From positions 1 through 34,651 of IMG/VR virus record IMGVR_UViG_3300005512_000151: 34,651 nucleotides of DNA. One strand, 5' to 3'. The stretch comes from a virus. Lineage: Duplodnaviria > Caudoviricetes. The number at the start of each line of letters is the position of its first letter. The stretch's first letter is position 1. Both the position numbers and the translations under genes were made by a program. The notes beneath the pieces were generated by a model that worked only from the letters and a program-made list of their open reading frames with translations, was not told where the DNA came from and searched no databases. This document shows, piece after piece, positions 32,867 through 34,651 of this stretch.

Positions 32867-33675
32867 CTCACCCCATACGTTATCAACCAGCCCAATAGAT
32901 ACCCGTCCACATCAAGGGTGTCGTTCGTACCGTCATCAGCTTTACGACTGGCGCGCCACTGGATCATCTGACCAGCGGCAGGAGACCCGCCGATTGTGAT
33001 TGCCGATGTAGCCGGGCCGATGAATAAATCTGACGTTGTACCGCCCTCGTCATTGGAGTACTGCGCCGTACCCTGTGCAACGTCCAGCGGATCGCTGTTA
33101 GCAATCGCTATACCCTGCAAGCCCCAGGAGACTTTATAGGCGGTCGCTGCCGGATGTGTCCAGTATGGCACTCCGGTAACTGTGCCACCATCCCAATCAG
33201 CGGGCATGGGCGCATTGGCATAGGCATATTCGATGGTGTCAGGGTCAAACGCCAGGTAATCATAAACGTTTTTATTCGTACCCATCTCTATTTGTGCGCT
33301 GGCCGCACATCCCGCCGTGACGGTCGGTTTCCAGTTTGCAATAAATAATTGCTTTGTGGACGTCGCCGTATTGCTGATTTTGGTCTCAGTCCCGGCGTCA
33401 TCTTTGCCGTACAGCAAACCGTCTGCTTTGGCGTAGATGGACACATAACCCGCCGCCGGTGTAGTGGTATCGCCGCCTTCTTTCAATAGCGACCGTTCGC
33501 CGATCTTCATATCGCCGTTCAGGAACAGGTCGGCGGCAGTGTTGCCGAGTAAGACGTTTTCAAGGGCGGCAATCTCTAACTGTAAATCGTTGATATGATC
33601 GGCGTCGATGATCTGTAATGGCGTGTTGGTTTTAGTCGTGAAAGATTTTACTGAACTCGGAAATGATGCTGCCAT
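32863..33675 (-). CDS. Tail fibre/spike-like virion protein
   Basis: DADHINDLQLEIAALE trimerising N-terminus; PAAGYVSIYAKADG and MPADWDGGTV; GGAG RBS. Confidence 0.62.
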   Translation of the reverse strand: MAASFPSSVKSFTTKTNTPLQIIDADHINDLQLEIAALENVLLGNTAADLFLNGDMKIGERSLLKEGGDTTTPAAGYVSIYAKADGLLYGKDDAGTETKISNTATSTKQLFIANWKPTVTAGCAASAQIEMGTNKNVYDYLAFDPDTIEYAYANAPMPADWDGGTVTGVPYWTHPAATAYKVSWGLQGIAIANSDPLDVAQGTAQYSNDEGGTTSDLFIGPATSAITIGGSPAAGQMIQWRASRKADDGTNDTLDVDGYLLGWLITYGVS

Positions 33676-33687
33676 AATACCTTACTC

Positions 33688-34651
33688 CTATGCCGATGCC
33701 ATGAGAACGGCGTCACGAACTGACCGGCTGATTTGTCCTGGTAGTGATTTCAATGCCGCTAAAATTGCGGCGTCGTTGCTGCCGACCTGCCCGGCTGGTG
33801 TGACCTGTACGTGTTCGCCGGACTGGACGTAAATAGGGCCGTAACTGTCATTTGGGAAGCCAGACGGCACGGTGAAATTCAGACCGGACGCCCCCCGGAT
33901 TGCGTTCTTCTTTTCATCAGTCCACTGGAAACTTCCGCCGGACGTACCACCGCCACCACCTCCCCCGCCGCTCCCCTCCTGATTGATATAGACCGTTGCG
34001 CTCATGCCGTCAAGCTCTTTTATCTTCGTCATCAGCGACCCGATTGACCCTATCAACTTTCCGACCTCAAGCCATGCGGTATGAAAGCCGCCCGTCAGCG
34101 TGCCGGCCAGTGTTTCGTTTGCAAAATCAGATATCTTGTCTGCCACATCCGGGCCGGTGATGGTCTCGGCCATATCTTTTAGTGCGATACTGGTGGTAAC
34201 TGCTGCGCCATCTTCGCCGCCGATTGCTAAAATACCATCATTGACAGGCCCTAAACCTTCCAATGCAAACGCTTCCATGCCGCCCTTTGCCAACTCTAAG
34301 GCAGCGGGCATTTCTCCGAACTTTGCAATCAGCGCATCGTAATCCACAACACCATCGGCGGCGTCTGTAACCAATTCCCGGAGCGCTTCATCTAGGCTCT
34401 GTGCCGGTATCACACCAGCGTCAACCGCCTGTGTAAGTGCGGATATGCCATCCGTAACTGCCAGTGATTTCTCATCAAAAATACCAAACGCCAAACCCAA
34501 TTCACTCATAGCGGCGTTGTATTCCGGTAGGGTAATCTTGCCCTCGTCAAGCGATTCGCCCAGGCCGTCCATCATCTCTTTTGCAACTTGCGCCTGTGTT
34601 GCGCCTTTCAGGCTTTCAGCCAATCCCCAATAACCCTGTGCGGCGTCAATG
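33688..34651 (-). CDS. Tail tape measure protein, C-terminal part
   Basis: In frame with 1..1382 across the junction; Gly-rich linker and ASGLNFTVPSG...SGEHVQVTP C-terminal motif. Confidence 0.88.
   Translation of the reverse strand, partial: IDAAQGYWGLAESLKGATQAQVAKEMMDGLGESLDEGKITLPEYNAAMSELGLAFGIFDEKSLAVTDGISALTQAVDAGVIPAQSLDEALRELVTDAADGVVDYDALIAKFGEMPAALELAKGGMEAFALEGLGPVNDGILAIGGEDGAAVTTSIALKDMAETITGPDVADKISDFANETLAGTLTGGFHTAWLEVGKLIGSIGSLMTKIKELDGMSATVYINQEGSGGGGGGGGTSGGSFQWTDEKKNAIRGASGLNFTVPSGFPNDSYGPIYVQSGEHVQVTPAGQVGSNDAAILAALKSLPGQISRSVRDAVLMASA
34529..34651. repeat. Terminal direct repeat (copy 2)
   Basis: Identical to 1-123. Confidence 0.97.

Noticed and set aside
29894-33675. 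Diversity-generating retroelement targeting the fibre genes
   Set aside because: No reverse transcriptase, and I noticed no template/variable repeat pair.
33938-33980. GGN-rich low-complexity tract
   Set aside because: It simply encodes the Gly/Ser linker of the tape measure C-terminus.
34529-34651. Biological direct terminal repeat or att site
   Set aside because: It falls mid-gene in the tape measure and no integrase is present; an assembler overlap is the simpler explanation.

Overview
The window is an apparently complete, circularly assembled tailed-phage genome. It is about 34,528 bp unique, because bases 1-123 are repeated at 34529-34651. It is siphovirus-like, and every credible gene lies on the minus strand. 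In transcription order there is an early/control region (~28.35-27.8 kb) with sigma70-type promoters, a candidate sRNA and a ribbon-helix-helix regulator. Next come recombination and replication genes: a RecT-like annealing protein, an HNH gene with its own promoter and antisense-like leader, a replication initiator with iteron-like repeats, DnaB, an SNF2 helicase-DNA methyltransferase fusion and VRR-NUC. A lambda-like late arrangement follows: promoter-leader-terminator, holin-like genes, M23/SH3 endolysin, TerS, TerL, portal and MuF. Then come a protease-capsid fusion, a DUF115/Maf-like glycosyltransferase inside the head module, neck genes, two paralogous tail-tube genes, a -1 frameshifted tail chaperone, a ~740-aa tape measure spanning the assembly junction, tail tip/fibre genes and a metallophosphoesterase. 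I see no integrase, CI-type repressor, tRNA, CRISPR array or reverse transcriptase. The most unusual signals are non-coding: a P1 C4/P4 CI-like antisense RNA switch in front of the HNH gene, and three promoter-structured leader-terminator units with no recognisable antiterminator gene. All protein calls come from motif recognition by eye; no database searches were run.
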